Part shown: one piece after another, positions 13,828-26,859 of the stretch
Layout of the letters: each line of letters starts with the position of its first letter
Numbering within the stretch: the first letter of the stretch is position 1
Source: Chiloscyllium plagiosum
Taxonomy: Eukaryota
Reading direction: 5' to 3'
Length of the DNA: 64,000 nt
Assembly: GCF_004010195.1 (NCBI RefSeq)
Contig: NC_057717.1
Location: 107,420,709-107,484,708 of the forward strand
The notes under the pieces: generated by a model
The model's input: the letters and a program-made list of their open reading frames with translations, nothing else
What the model was told of the DNA's origin: nothing
Databases searched by the model: none
Position numbers and translations under genes: made by a program

Positions 13828-14575
13828 CAAGAATAGGCAATCCTTAATCATTTGTCACATACTTTTTGTCAAGTAAAATCTGCCCCCCAAAGGAACAATT
13901 ACCGCAGTAATTGTTAGTTAGAAGTGAAAAGATTGGAAGTGAAAAGATTAAATTATGTTGCTCACCCTCATCACTTAAACTACTTTAATTGATGAAGGAG
14001 GAACAATTTGCTCAATGGGCAAATCTTCTCAGTGCACCCCTAATATGGAGTTTCCTTCAAAACAGAGTTCCATATCCATTGCTTCCATGAAGTGTTTCTG
14101 CAACTATAGTCAAACAATCATTTTATTTTCTTAGCTTGTCTGGTTAAGTGGCAATATTTCTCATTTTCACCCACCAAAACCAATACAAAATTTGCTGCAA
14201 TTGAATACTCATCAGGATGACTGGAATGTAAAGCATCACAGAAAATAAACAATTTCAAGTCATTTTGGTCATCCAACAATAGAAACATAAAGATGCAAAT
14301 ACACATTTTTAATGCTTTTTTTGGCTGAAAAACATGTTCAACTCTGCATTTACTTCCAATAAATCAAAATGAACAGCCAGTCTTACGTGATTCCTTTACA
14401 ATGGCAATGTTTTTTCTTGAGTAGTGGCAGCAACTTTCTCTAATGACCAAACACAATTAACCAGGATAAGAGTTACATACTGTAAACACAACTGTTGATT
14501 CAAATGGTTCAATTTTATGCTGGGAATGTGAGTGGGTGGTGCGATGCTGCTGGTGATGTATTGGGATGGTATACT

Positions 14576-15790
14576 GGGAAGTGGTGGGGTAGTCATAATG
14601 TCATTGGACTAGTTATCTAGAATGCTTGGTCAATGTTCTGGGGCATGGGCTGAAATCCCACTGTGGCTGAGAAAGAACTTTTAATTCAATACAAATCTGG
14701 AATAAAAGCTGACCTAATGATGATCATATTGCAGTTTAAGAGCTTTACTGCAACTCTGCAAGGGGCTGCTGAGACCACACTTGGAGTACTGTGAGCTATT
14801 TTGGTCCCTTTAATTAAAGAATGATTATCATGCCAGGCAGTTCAGAGAAAGTTCACGAGGATCATCCCTGGTATAGAGGGATTATTTTAGGGGCAAAGGC
14901 TAAACAGGTTGATACTCTACTCATTGGAGTTCAGAACGTGAGGTGATCTCATTGAAATGTACTGGATTCTTAAGGGGCTCCACAGGGTAAGTGCTGAGAG
15001 AATGTTTTTCCTCATGGGAGAGTCTGAGACAAAAGAGCATAATCTCAGAATAAAAGAGTGCCAATTTAAGACTGTGATGAGGAGGAATTTCTTCCTCAAA
15101 TGGTTGTGAGTCTCTGGAACTCTTTGCCACAGACAGTTGTAAGGGCAGAGTCATAGAACAGTACAGCACAGGAAGGGGCCCTTTGGCCCACGGTGTTGTG
15201 CCGAACATGACGCCAAATTAAACTAATCTCTTCTATCTGGCCTTGGGCCATATCACTCCATTCCTTGCAACATGATCATCATTAGGTCAGCTTTTATTCC
15301 AGATTTGTATTGAATTAAAAGTTCTTTCTCAACCATAGTGGGATTTCAGCCCATGCCCCAGAACATTGACCAAGCATTCTAGATAACTAGTCCAATGACA
15401 TTATGACTACTCCACCACTTCCCAATATGTATATTTAGGACTGAAATAAATAGATACTTGATCAGTAGGGAAATCAAGATTGGGGAGAAAGGGAAGGAAA
15501 GTGTACGTAAGGAACGTTGGATCAGCCATGATCCTATTGAACGGTGGAGGAGGCTTGAGGACCGAATGGCTACACCTGTTCCTATTCCTTGTGGTCTTAT
15601 GGTAGCGCTGTCAATTGCTGTAAAAACTCATCTGGTTCACTAACATTCTTTAGAAATGAGAATCTGCTGCCAATTGTTCTGACCTAAATGTCACCCCAGA
15701 CTAACATCAATATGGTTGACTCTTTGCTGCCCTCTGGTTAACTAGGGATGGTCAGCAATGCCGACATCACATGAATGAATAAAAGAAATT
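14576..15790 (+). mobile_element. Old tRNA-head SINE interrupted by CR1 3' fragments and an inverted copy of its own head
   Basis: Head 14576-14727 and tail ~15600-15790 resemble the SINE at 41453-42150. CR1 3' sequence lies between them. Confidence 0.7.
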
Positions 15791-16164
15791 GCTCACACAC
15801 TTTTTGGTAGAAAAGTCAATCTTAGACGACTGACTTTAAAAGATTGCCCTGCAGAGATACGCCTTGAATCAGCGCAGTGAGCCTACAGCAAGAAATTCCA
15901 CTCCTGAGAGAAAGGAAGACCACCTCTCAGTCAGATTGGCTGGCTCCTGACTCCCAGCTATGCGAGAACTTAGTAGTCACTGCTGCTTAGATTACAACGA
16001 GCCCCCAGAAGGAAGAACATGCATGTCAGTGTTATTGGGAAGACAGCAGTACTTGGTTGGGGAGGAATTGGGGTCCACAGGTAAGTGTTTTGGGGATTTC
16101 TAGAGGCTGGGAGGATGGCATAAAACAAGGATTGTCATTTTGAGCTAGGTGACTTGCCTCCTTG

Positions 16165-16646
16165 CTATAGGGAAGATGTTGTTAAACTTGAAAGAGTTTA
16201 GAAAAGATTTACAAGGATGTTGCTGGGATTGAGCTATAGGGAGAGACTGAATAGGCTGGGACATTTTTCCCAGAGTATCGGAAAGTGAAGAATGACCTTC
16301 TTGAGGTTTATGAGAGGCATGGATTGGGTAGATAGCCAAGGTTTTTTTCCCCAGGGTAGGGGAGTCCAAAACTAGAGGACGTAAGTTTAAGGTGAGAGGG
16401 GAAAGATTTAAAAGGGACCTGAGGGGCAATGTTTTCATGCAGAGATTGGTGTATGTATGGAACAAGCTGCCAGAGGTGAGTACAATTACAACATTTAAAA
16501 GGCATCTGGATGGATGTATGAATAGGAAGGATTTAGAGCGATGTGGACCAAATGCTGGCAAATGGGAATAGATTAATTTAGGACATCTGGTCAGTGCAGA
16601 TGAGTTGGGCCGAAGATCTGCTTCTTTGCCGTATTACTCTATGACT
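16165..16646 (+). mobile_element. CR1/HER1 3' fragment
   Basis: Same 3' region as 2330-3157. Confidence 0.9.
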
Positions 16647-16743
16647 TGAAGAGTACCTCTGATGAACACATTACAATACACATACACTCATATTATAATG
16701 TCAGAGGTGGAATAAGGCAGTTAACTACACATTGATTGTTCAG

Positions 16744-17032
16744 GTTGTAAGTTTGCTCACTAAACTAGAAGATTTGTTTTCAGATGTTTCGTCACCATGC
16801 TAGGTAACATTATCAGTGAGCCTCCATTGAAGTGCTGGTATTCTGTCCCAATTTCTATTTATGTATCTTGGTCTAAATAGAAAGCAGGACAGAGCACCAG
16901 TGCTTCAATGGAGGCTTACTGATGATATTACCCAGTGTAGTGACAAAACATCTGAGAACAAAGTTTCCAGCTCAGTGAGCAAACATACATCCTGAACCAC
17001 AATTTGAGCTACAAATCTTCACAAAAATCGCA
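16744..17032. mobile_element. Penelope-derived foldback mini-element
   Basis: Imperfect arms of about 120 bp. TSD attgattgttcag (16731-16743, 17033-17045). Decayed CTGATGA...GAAAC core. Confidence 0.8.
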
Positions 17033-17299
17033 ATTGATTGTTCAGCTATGGATTTCAAGAGACCCAAGGATGATAAGCTGTCTTACTCACCCACCAAAGT
17101 ATGCAGGATAGATCAAGAGGTGGTGTGAAGGCAATGGGCAGTTCAGAGAATATATGCCTGGAATGGGTGGATTGTGTTTTGAGGAGAGGCTGAAAAGGAT
17201 GGGTTTATAATCTCTGAAGTTTAGAACAGCAAAATAGATGAAGGAACTGAACATATGGGTACCTACATTTGACAGTAATATCAAAATAGCTATATAAGT

Positions 17300-18200
17300 A
17301 AATGTTCAAGACAAGGTATAGTATCTGCAAAGGGAGATAGGTCAGTTAAGTGGGAAAATATTGCAAAATGAAGTATAAAGTGGGAAAATATGAATTTGTT
17401 CACTTTGGCAGGAAGAAGTGAAATGCAGCATATTATTCAAATGGAGAGACACTGCAGAACTCCAAGTTACAGAAGGATGGAGTTTCTTGATATATGAATC
17501 ATAAAACATTTGTATGGAGGAACAGCAAGTGATTAAGAAATGAAATGTTGTTATTTATTAAAAGAGGAGTGGAGTATTGCAGTAGAAATATTTTGCGGCA
17601 CTTGTGCAGCATATGGAGAGTATTCTGTTCAATTTTAGTCTCCTTATTCAAAAAGACGATAATTGTAGTTAAGGTTATCTCAAATCATTGCTGGGATGAA
17701 GGGGTTATCTTAAGATGAAAGGTTGGGCACTTTGTGCTATATCTACTGGAATTTAAGTGAATGAGAAGTCACCTTATTGAAACACAATATCGTGAAGGGA
17801 CTTAACAAGGTAGATGGTGAAAGGATGTTCCCTATTATGGGAGAGACTAGAACCATAGGAAATGACTAAAACTATAAGTCTCCCACTTAAGAAAAAGATG
17901 AGAAACGATGGGTGATCTCATTGAAACAAATAAGATACTGAAGAGGTCTGACAATGTTGACACAGGGAGATTGTTTCTTTTGGCTTGAGCATCTAAAACA
18001 TAGCATTAAAGTCTCATGGTAATGAGGCTGCCCATTTAGGTCTGAGATGAGGAGAAATCTCTTCACTGAAAGAGTCATGAATCTTTAGAATTCTCTGCCC
18101 CAGAGAGCTGTGGATGTTTGCTCCAATCTGAACATATTTGAGATTGATATAGATGGATTTTTGGTCTCTCAAGCAATGAATAGCAGAGAAGTGTGTTGGA
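17300..18200 (+). mobile_element. Old CR1 3' fragments
   Basis: Degenerate CR1 RT C-terminal and 3' sequence; the segment near 17760-18060 is repeated. Confidence 0.7.
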
Positions 18201-18457
18201 AAGTGAACTTAGTAGATGATCAGAGTCCAGCGTGTGATGCTAGAAAATCACAGGTCAGGCAGCATCCGAGGAGCAGAAGAATCAACATTTTGGGTGTAAG
18301 CCCTTCATCTCTTCAAAAGAACATACCAAATCACATGTACAGATGAGAAATAGCAGAACTAAAAAGTCACTTATGGGAGTTGTTTATAGGCTCCTGAACT
18401 AACAATAATGTAGATAGTAAGAAAGGTGCAGCAATAATTATGGGTGATTTTAATGTA

Positions 18458-18782
18458 GGGATGGCATGGTGGCTCAGTGGTTAGCACTGTTGCCTCACAG
18501 CGCCAGGGAACCAGATTTGATTTCAGCCTCAGGAGACTGTCTGTGTAGAGTTTGCATATCCTCCCCATGTCTGCATGGCTTTCCTCTGGGTGTTCCAGTT
18601 TCTCCAAAATTCCGAAAGATGTGCAGGTCAGGTGAATTGGCCATGCTAAATTGCCCATAGTGTTAGGGGTATTATTCAGGGTGAAATATAGGGAAATGAA
18701 TCTGGGTGGGTTAGTCTTCGAAGGGTTGGTGTGGACTTTTAGGTCGAAGGGCCTGTTTCCACACTGTGGGGAATCTAATCTT
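18458..18782 (+). mobile_element. HE1-type SINE
   Basis: tRNA-like head ggtggctcagtggttagcact; CR1-shared 3' tail gggcctgtttccacactgt. Confidence 0.9.
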
Positions 18783-20375
18783 AAAGAAAATCACTAACAA
18801 CTGTCTATTTCCCAAGTGTGATGTTCATTTGACTCCAACATTGGCATTCTGACCCATAGGGGAAAATCCAGGTTGCTGAATTAAACCAAATAAAATATTT
18901 GAGATGAGGCCTAACTGCAGGATAACTTCCTTAACTGCTGGACTGAGGATAACTGATGTGTATTTAAAACAGGGTCTTTGCATTGTTCATATATTCATCT
19001 GCATTTAACATACATGATGCATCCACTTCAGTGTTAATTGGCATAGCTGTAGCGTAGATGCAGTGTCAACAGAGATAGATAGATTCTTTATTAGTAAGGG
19101 GATCAAAGATTGTGGAGAGAAGGCAGGAGAATAGAGTTCAGGAACTTAAAGGAACAAACTTGATGGGCCAAAAGGCCTAATTTTGCTCTTACAGCTTAGA
19201 GTCTTATCTGATGCAATTAGTGCCCATATGCTGCATCAACTCCCCGACATTAAAATTAAGTTAATCGTTCTGCTTTGTAATGATTATCATGTTCTCATAC
19301 ATTCCTAATAATTATCTAATCATTAACTCTTTTGCCTGCTCATGATACAAGGTGGGAGGCTTTAATCCCAGTTTAACCAAATACTGAAGCAAATCCCTTT
19401 TTAAGAAATTCGTAAAGCTCAAAGTGAGATTTTTGCTCCCACTTGGAATTTAGAAATAAGGAAGGGCATCATTACAGCATTTAAACATACAAGTTCAAAC
19501 ACATCTCACCTGTCTGGATATACCCTCAATCTGAATATCCTGATTAAGCCACCCACATTAAAACTGCTCTTCCCATTAATATTACAAAACTGATGTTGCT
19601 TGGGGCGATATTAGTTTAGTGTTGTGTATATCTAAGTCTGTCAAATATGAACACTTTAAATCATTTGAACAATATGTAAATTCTCTAAAAAGTGGACAAC
19701 CATTAGTATCAATGCTCACTGGTAAGAATAAGGAACAGAAAAGTCAAACATTTTACAGATATCAAAATCCTCAGCAAGAAGAGCATCAGTTGCTTCCAAA
19801 GCACATGGTTAAAGAGCCAACTGCTTATGTCAACAGCGATTCTATAAGAAGAGTCACTGGTCTCGAAATGTTAACACTGTTTTCTCTTTTCACAGTCACT
19901 GCCAGACTTGCTGAGCTTCTCCAGCAAATTTGTTTTTGTTTGCTTCAGATCTCCAGAATCCACAGTTCTTGATTTTATTTTATTATAGCAGCAATTCTGT
20001 GTACTTCTTGAATACTTTGCTCACATCAATTGTGTTACTGTGAACTCTAAAATTGCAGTAAAGATTGAGCAACATACTTGTCTAACATCAGTATTTACTC
20101 CTCTGTCCTAGACCTCTGACTTTGTCACTATTCAGTTAATGGTGATTACATATTGTGGGTAACACTGCAGGGACATCACCACTATCCGTAGCACATCAGA
20201 GGCATAATTTAAAGATACACAGTTAGAGGCAAAAGGTCCAGTGTTGTTGTGAAGGCAACAAGAGAATGGGGTTATAAGTCACTTGGTACTGGAAATAAAA
20301 GGTTATCTTTGCTCTTCTGGAATCTACGGTGAGAAATTTTGGCAGAGCAGAGAGGTCTGATGACTTTTGATCCAG

Positions 20376-20581
20376 GCAGAAGTGGGTACTACAGATGTTG
20401 GTGATTAGAGTGAACATTAGAGTGGTGCTGCAAAAGCACAGCAGGTCAGGCAGCATCCAAGGAGCAGGAAAATTGACATTTTGGGCATTCCAGATGAAGG
20501 GCTTTTGCCCGAAATGTCAATTTCCCTGATCCTCAGATGCTGCCTGACCTACTGTACTTTTCCAGCACCACTCTAATCTTA
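20376..20581. mobile_element. Penelope-derived foldback mini-element
   Basis: Inverted arms around ccagatgaagggcttttgcccgaaatgtc. Flanking act(t/c)ttgatccag duplication. Confidence 0.8.
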
Positions 20582-20899
20582 ACTCTTGATCCAGTCTAGC
20601 CCAATGTGCAAGTGGATAGATAACCTTACGTACTTGTTACCTAAGAGTAGTGAAGCAAACAATGTGGATGCCGAAAATCTAAAATAAAACCAAAGAAAAG
20701 TGGAAATATTTAGCAATCAGGCAGCGTCTATGAAGAGAGACACAGTGTGCTGAATCCTACTTTTTTTGGCCAAGTCCAAGTTGTATGAAGTACTTTGGAG
20801 CATTCTTGCTCTGAGCCTTAGTACATTCTCTAGCCATATCTTACCAAACTAACCACATTAACTACCTGCTACAATGGCATCCATCATGAGTCTAGCCTC

Positions 20900-23120
20900 A
20901 TGTTTCTACTCCATTCCCAGAAAATTCACCCCTCACCAGATGTCCCAGAATTCACCAGCATTTGTGTCACCTTTGAAAGCCTGCCACGCACCCGGACAAG
21001 CCCTCAATCTTGAGCTGCCTTGCACAGTTCCTGTCATTTTCCCTGGACATGACAGACACGGAAAACTGCTGGCCCATTTTGTGGGGAGGGTACTGGAAAT
21101 CCTGCTAGATGGGATGTGAAGACACAGGACTTCCTCTTCCCCCAGGACCAGCAGTGGGGCCTGTCACAAAGCTGGTTCCTTTTTTCTAAAAGCTGTTCCT
21201 TTTCTCAAGTATACTACATTCTTACTTTTTTTTCAGAGGGGTTGTAAACGCTCCCAGTGCCAACTAGACTGGTTTGGTACCGAGATTAAAGAGTATTGAG
21301 AGGCCTTTTTGTTTATATGTAAACAGATGAGACTCCGGGTCAAAGTGATCATGTTTTAGAAGTGACCTGCACAGTGAAAGGGGAGTGGTCAGCTCTCTAG
21401 CTGAGCAGTTCAGTCCAGAACTAGTTGGGAGTTCAACAGTGAGCTGTCTGGAAACTCTCTCTCTCTCTCTCTCTCTCTTTCTGCTCTTCTAACTTCAACG
21501 TGTAAGCATCTGTTCCATTTTTTAACTGTGTTTTAAGGGGGTTTGCTTATTGGGACAGTTGTGTATATTCAGAACAGCATAATTAAGTCTAGTTTGGACA
21601 GGCTGAGTTCTATAGGGGTTCTTTATTCTGTTCTTTGTGTTTCATTATGTAATTTTGTGAATAAATTTCTGTCTGTTTTAAAACCCAGTGGTCAACCTAG
21701 CTAGCTTACTCCTGGTAATTCTCACTGTACACGTACCTAAATAAATTGCAAAGTTATGGTCTGGGTTGCCTGCTCAAGAATGTTTTGAGTGGTCTGGCCT
21801 AGTCCATAACAGGCCCCAACATCAAATAATGCCAGCCTAATCCAATGTTGCCAATTGGTTTGGAGTAGATGCAGCCATCTGGCTCAATACTCAACACTAT
21901 AGAAAGGAGGTCAATGTCCTTCTCTCCACCAGTCTAAGTACGACCATCTTACTTTTCCACCTGCTACCTTATTCACCTCCCAGTGGCATTCATGCTTTAT
22001 CACTTTTGCTACTGGCTGCAATATCTTCCGCTACCCACTGTCACCCACCTAAACCCCCAATACCAATAACCCTTCATTCCCTCAGTGCTGCCTAATCACT
22101 CACTGAGGTCACTCCCAACTTGCACAGTAACAGCTACAGCACCCACTTTCATCTCTTGTAATATCTGCTTCCTTTTAGTCCAGGAGGAAAACAGCCCACA
22201 ATATGCAGTAAAAAAGACTCAAGTCAGGTACTGGCGGTCTGACATTTGGTTCCTCACTTCCTATGAGGTGAGGATCTTGACTGACTGCCCGAGTGTGGCC
22301 TGGAGTGGTACTGGAGGTTGCCCTTGGCTTACAGTGCACGATCTCCTGAATGAAGGCTATCTTCCTGAACTTGACTGAGGCCTACAAACAACCATGACAA
22401 TCTTATTTCTTTTGTATCCATGCTAAATACTGAGGCATGAGAGAAGTAATGGTATCTCTGGCTGAGGGGGCAAAGTACAAAAAGTCAAGGCAAGGCAAGG
22501 CAAGGATGCTGGGAGCATACAGGCAGGATCAAAATGAATGAGCACTATGATAGCATGCTAAGAGCCCATAAATTTAGTCGGACTGTCCCTTAGCCCAGTG
22601 CTGCAGCATTACAACGATATTTACGAATGCTACACAAGGTTCAGTACTGAAGTGCAGAAGTGTATTTATGGTGGCCTGGAGTTGTACCGTGAGCATTCTT
22701 AGAGGCTGGCACGTGTCAGATGCCAATTCCATGGATGTGATGTGCATGTGGCCAGTATCCATGAAATATGCCCTGAGATATTTGTGTCTGGTGTCCAACA
22801 TGAAGGCTTCTTGCAGCCAGCAGTGAGCTGAGGCTGCCAGATACCTGCTCTGACTTCCATGATGAGAATTCTTGCTTATTGGTAAGATTTGTTGCTGAAT
22901 ATTAATGAGGTGAGTTGTGAGGTTAGTAAGATGTTTAACAACCTATAATCCTCCCTAAATTGGCGACCTTGCAAGAATCTTGCTTTGCTGCTTGGCAAAT
23001 GCATAATAAATGGAGCAGGATGCTCCCAATTCTAAGGAAGGCCTTGCTGGACTTCTTATGTGATTCTGTGACAAATCTAATGACAGCCTACATCACTGAG
23101 ACCCCTATGAGATTCTACTC
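20900..23120 (+). mobile_element. Old Harbinger-like non-autonomous relic with Myb/SANT remnant, split by the solo LTR
   Basis: GKLLAHFVGRVLEILLDGM resembles K.APRFS...LEVLL.V. Homologous to ~26860-28415. Confidence 0.5.
21162..21811 (+). mobile_element. Solo LTR (650 bp), probably Gypsy-type
   Basis: TGT...ACA termini, 4-bp TSD GGCC (21158-21161, 21812-21815), internal (CT)n and AATAAA. Confidence 0.85.
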
Positions 23121-25199
23121 AGAGTTAATGCTTCCAATCAGTGATCCAAAGTCTCCAATGGATGAACTTTCTTTTCACCTTTTACTTATTTGTAGAATGT
23201 GTGACTATTAAATGTATTATTTACATTTAACTTGTCAGTCTCCATTAACTAATTGAGCACTACAATAGTCATCTCTGCACCTTCTCATGTAAGTAGTTCC
23301 AGTTCTTTAGTTCTTCCTAATAACTCAGATGCATAATCACAGTTATTAAAGAAATATAGTTAATGTTTTGTATCGGGTATTACTCTTCTCTAGAACTCAG
23401 AACTTCAGAATCAGTTCTGAAGAAGTGTTACACTGGACATGAAACATTAATTCTGTTTCTCTCTCCACAGATGCTACTAGACCTGTTGAGTTTATCCAGC
23501 ATTCTCTGTGCTTGTTTCAGACTTCTAGTACCCACTGTATCCTGTTGCTGTCATTCTCCTTACCTTTGCCCAAGATATGTCAATGATTGTGCCAATTTTC
23601 CAAATCATACTAGTCATATTACAGCCTATGTCTGATTGACAAAGAATCAGGAGAAACTTACCTGCTCAAAACAAAAGATGGCTGTTTTAGATTATCCATC
23701 AGGATTGGATTAAAACCCCAGAAGGAGTCATCATAGACATGAAAGGCCAATGTTTGATTTACCGCCCTATCTGAAATTCCTCATGCACTCGAGGAGGAGG
23801 ATGCAAGTTACTGACCCACTTCATTTGTTTAGGGTCTAAAGGTCTAAAAACAGGAAAAAATGTTTTTAAAAATTAAGAACCAGAGAAATATGATCTCTTC
23901 TTCCTCTGCCCAGAACATCATAGAAAGTATTAGCTGCCATTGAAGCCAACTCATGGAAGTTTGGACATTTAGAGAAACACAATTAAGATTATTTAGCCAT
24001 GACCGTCTTGGCTGTGATTTGAGTCCGACTCAAATCATTAGGTTTTGAAACTGTTCTCTTCATGTAATTATCATGATTGTTTCTTCTTTCTATTCTGACA
24101 AAGGTAGAGTTTCAGCTGCAGGACAAAGAAAACAGTAGAATTTTACAAACTAATTTTTGCTCTTGAAATTTAACCCACCCAAAAATCCTGACTAGGGCCA
24201 CTGGCCAATGAAGATCAACGCAGCAGCAAGCGTTGGGCAAGTGTCTGTGAAATCTGAGCCAAACACTATTCAATCCCTCTGGGAAAGGAGGAGAGAAAAT
24301 TGAGAGGAATAAATGAGATGTTCTGTTTCACAATGTTTGCTTTACTTTGAATTGCAGCATATTTTTCTGCACTTGTTGTAGCTCTATAGTTTTAATGCAC
24401 TTCCTGTGACCTCTGCCCAAACTTAATTTCCTGCTTGAACATGGATCAGTAAACAAACTGATCTAACACAGTTAACATCACAATGTTGATATACATCAGC
24501 TGAATGAAAATGTACAAGCAAAGAAGTTAACACCAAAATCATAATTAACCAGATATGATGTCAAAGAGAGAGCTGGTTATGTGTTCTTTCAAACTCTGGA
24601 AAATGCCTCAAAATCCAACAAGGCAATGGAACTGGAAGAGAAATAACTTCTTTCCTCCAGGTTTAAATACAATTTTATAATTTGCTTTGTTAAGTGAACT
24701 GGTGCCCAAGACTGTCGGTAAAAGCATAAGATAAACTGGCAGTCAGAAAAATTGTAAAAGATCACCTGGGGAAAACAGCCAACCTGCATAAAGGAGAACT
24801 TTGCTGGTTTAGTTCATGCCAGTCTATTTTGCAAGCTCTAAGTAAAAAAGGATGGACCTCTGATTTAAAACCCTCCTCAAAAGCCAATGTGTGGGCTAGT
24901 GCAAACATCTTCATATTTCAGCTCAAATCCAGGATGCTTGGAGGATTATATTATTCTCTTAAGTGTTAGCTCAGCATCTACTTTGTGGCTGAGTTAAAGA
25001 AGGAAATTTAGATTTAAGCATTACAGATTCAATGGGAGCTCTATTTTAGCCCCAAGCATCAAAACATCTTTCTATGCATTAATTTACATCATTTGGATCT
25101 TTTAAAGGAGTTGACAGTGGATTGACCCGCTGAGGACTTCATCACTTAGAATCGTCCTTAATTTGCAGTGGCATTCTATTGTGTGTTTCTATATAGAAT

Positions 25200-25420
25200 C
25201 ACAGAAAAAGCACTAGCATTCTTATTTATCCAGCTGTAACTAGAAAATTATCTTCAAAGTCACTTCTTTCTGCTTTAGCATCCATATCTCGGAAATCTCC
25301 CAAGGATCTATCACTGGTACCTTCTTATTTCTCATTTACGTACTATCTGTAGATGGCATCACTTGAAATCACTTCAGAATACTCTTGTATACTAACAACA
25401 ACCAGCTCTACTTCACCACT
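25200..25420 (+). mobile_element. L2 LINE RT fragment
   Basis: Decayed PQGS..G..LFLIY...YADDTQLY-like sequence. Confidence 0.65.
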
Positions 25421-25879
25421 ATTTTAGAAAGCCCAGCTGTGAGTGGTGGAATTGGAATCAATTTTGCACTCCTACAATCTTCTATTCACAGATACCATGC
25501 ACTTCCTAATCACAGTTTTAATTAATCCTATTTCTAGGAGCAGAAGTGAATCCCCAGTTAATGCCCAAATGAATACATTTAAACACAATGGATTTACCAT
25601 CAAAATCGGGTTGTGTGGATTGCATCAAATCTTTGGATGGATGCTCGATGAAAATCCTATTTCAGAGATTTTGAGATTTCTTGCCTTGTCTTATCAAACT
25701 CACTTCATTAACTACTACCAAGCCCAAAAGCATCTTTCTCATTCAATTCTATCCCCATCTTATCACATGCCTTCCAGGAATGAGTCACAACTCAGTGGAT
25801 ACCTACCAAAGATCAACATCGCTGACACCCACGCCATCTTTAAAAAGCCCCGATCTGCCCTGTACAATTCTTGGCAGTA

Positions 25880-26830
25880 TCAGGAGGTGGAGAAGTCAAC
25901 GTTTAAGGTTGACTCTTCTTCAGGACAGGGGGTGGGTTGGGGGGAGCTACAGATAAATGGGGTGCCGGGTGGTGAAGTGGGGATAGGTGAAGACAGGTAG
26001 AGGGTATGACTTAGTTGGTCATAGGATGAATGAATCCGGTTGGTGGCAGGGAACAGTGGAAGGGATGGGGAGGGGCTGGGAAGGGATTCGGGGGATGGGG
26101 AGAGAGGTTATTTGAAATTGGAGAACTCAATGTTGAGTCCTCCGGGCTGTGGGCTGCCCAGGTGCATGATGAGCTGTTGTTACTCCAATTTGCGCTGTGG
26201 TTCATTTTAGCAATGGAGGAGACCAAGGATGGCCATGTCGGAAAGGGAATGGTTGGGGGAATCGAAATGGGCGGGAGACCGATGTAAACTTAGGGAATGG
26301 TTCACCAAGCATCACAGCTAGGCCTGTAGGGGGCCGAGTGGACCTCCCATTTCAATTTCAATTCCCCTTCCCACTTCCCTTTCTGACATGACCATCCTTG
26401 GTCTCCTCCATTGCCAGAATGAACCACAGCGCAAATTAGAGGAACACCACCTCATCATCCACCTGGGCAGCCTACAGTCCGGATGACTCAACATTGAGTT
26501 CTCCAATTTCAAGTAACCTCCCTCCCCAGCCCCCGACTCCCTTCCCAGCCCCTCCCCATCCCTTCCACTGCTCCCTGCCACCAAATGGATCAACCAGGTC
26601 ATACCTTTGATCAACCAGGTCATACCCTCTACCTATCTTCACCTATCCCCACTTCACCACCTTGCACCCGCCATCCCCTTTGTGTGCGCTCCCCCTACAC
26701 CCACTCCCAGACCTTAAGAAGGGTTACACCCAAAACTTTGACTTCTCCACCTCCTGACGCTGCCTGGCTTTCTGTGTTCTTCCAGCCTCCTGCCTCTGTT
26801 TTGGATACCAATATTTGTAGTTTTTTTGTC
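25880..26830. mobile_element. Penelope-like GIY-YIG 3' ends in inverted (tail-out) arrangement
   Basis: Plus half reads MTILGLLHCQNEPQRKLEEHHLIIHLGSLQSG*LNIEFSNFK. Minus half at 25880-26270 is its inverted homolog. Confidence 0.85.
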
Positions 26831-26859
26831 TCTATACTATTCCTGCCCTAAGTATGCAG

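Noticed and set aside
18458..18540. tRNA-like sequence with A and B boxes
   Set aside because: SINE head, not a tRNA gene; the same applies at 30128, 42039, 60721 and 61096.
25443..26000. 185-aa ORF on +
   Set aside because: Runs across unrelated repeat relics into an antisense Penelope fragment; no recognisable domain.
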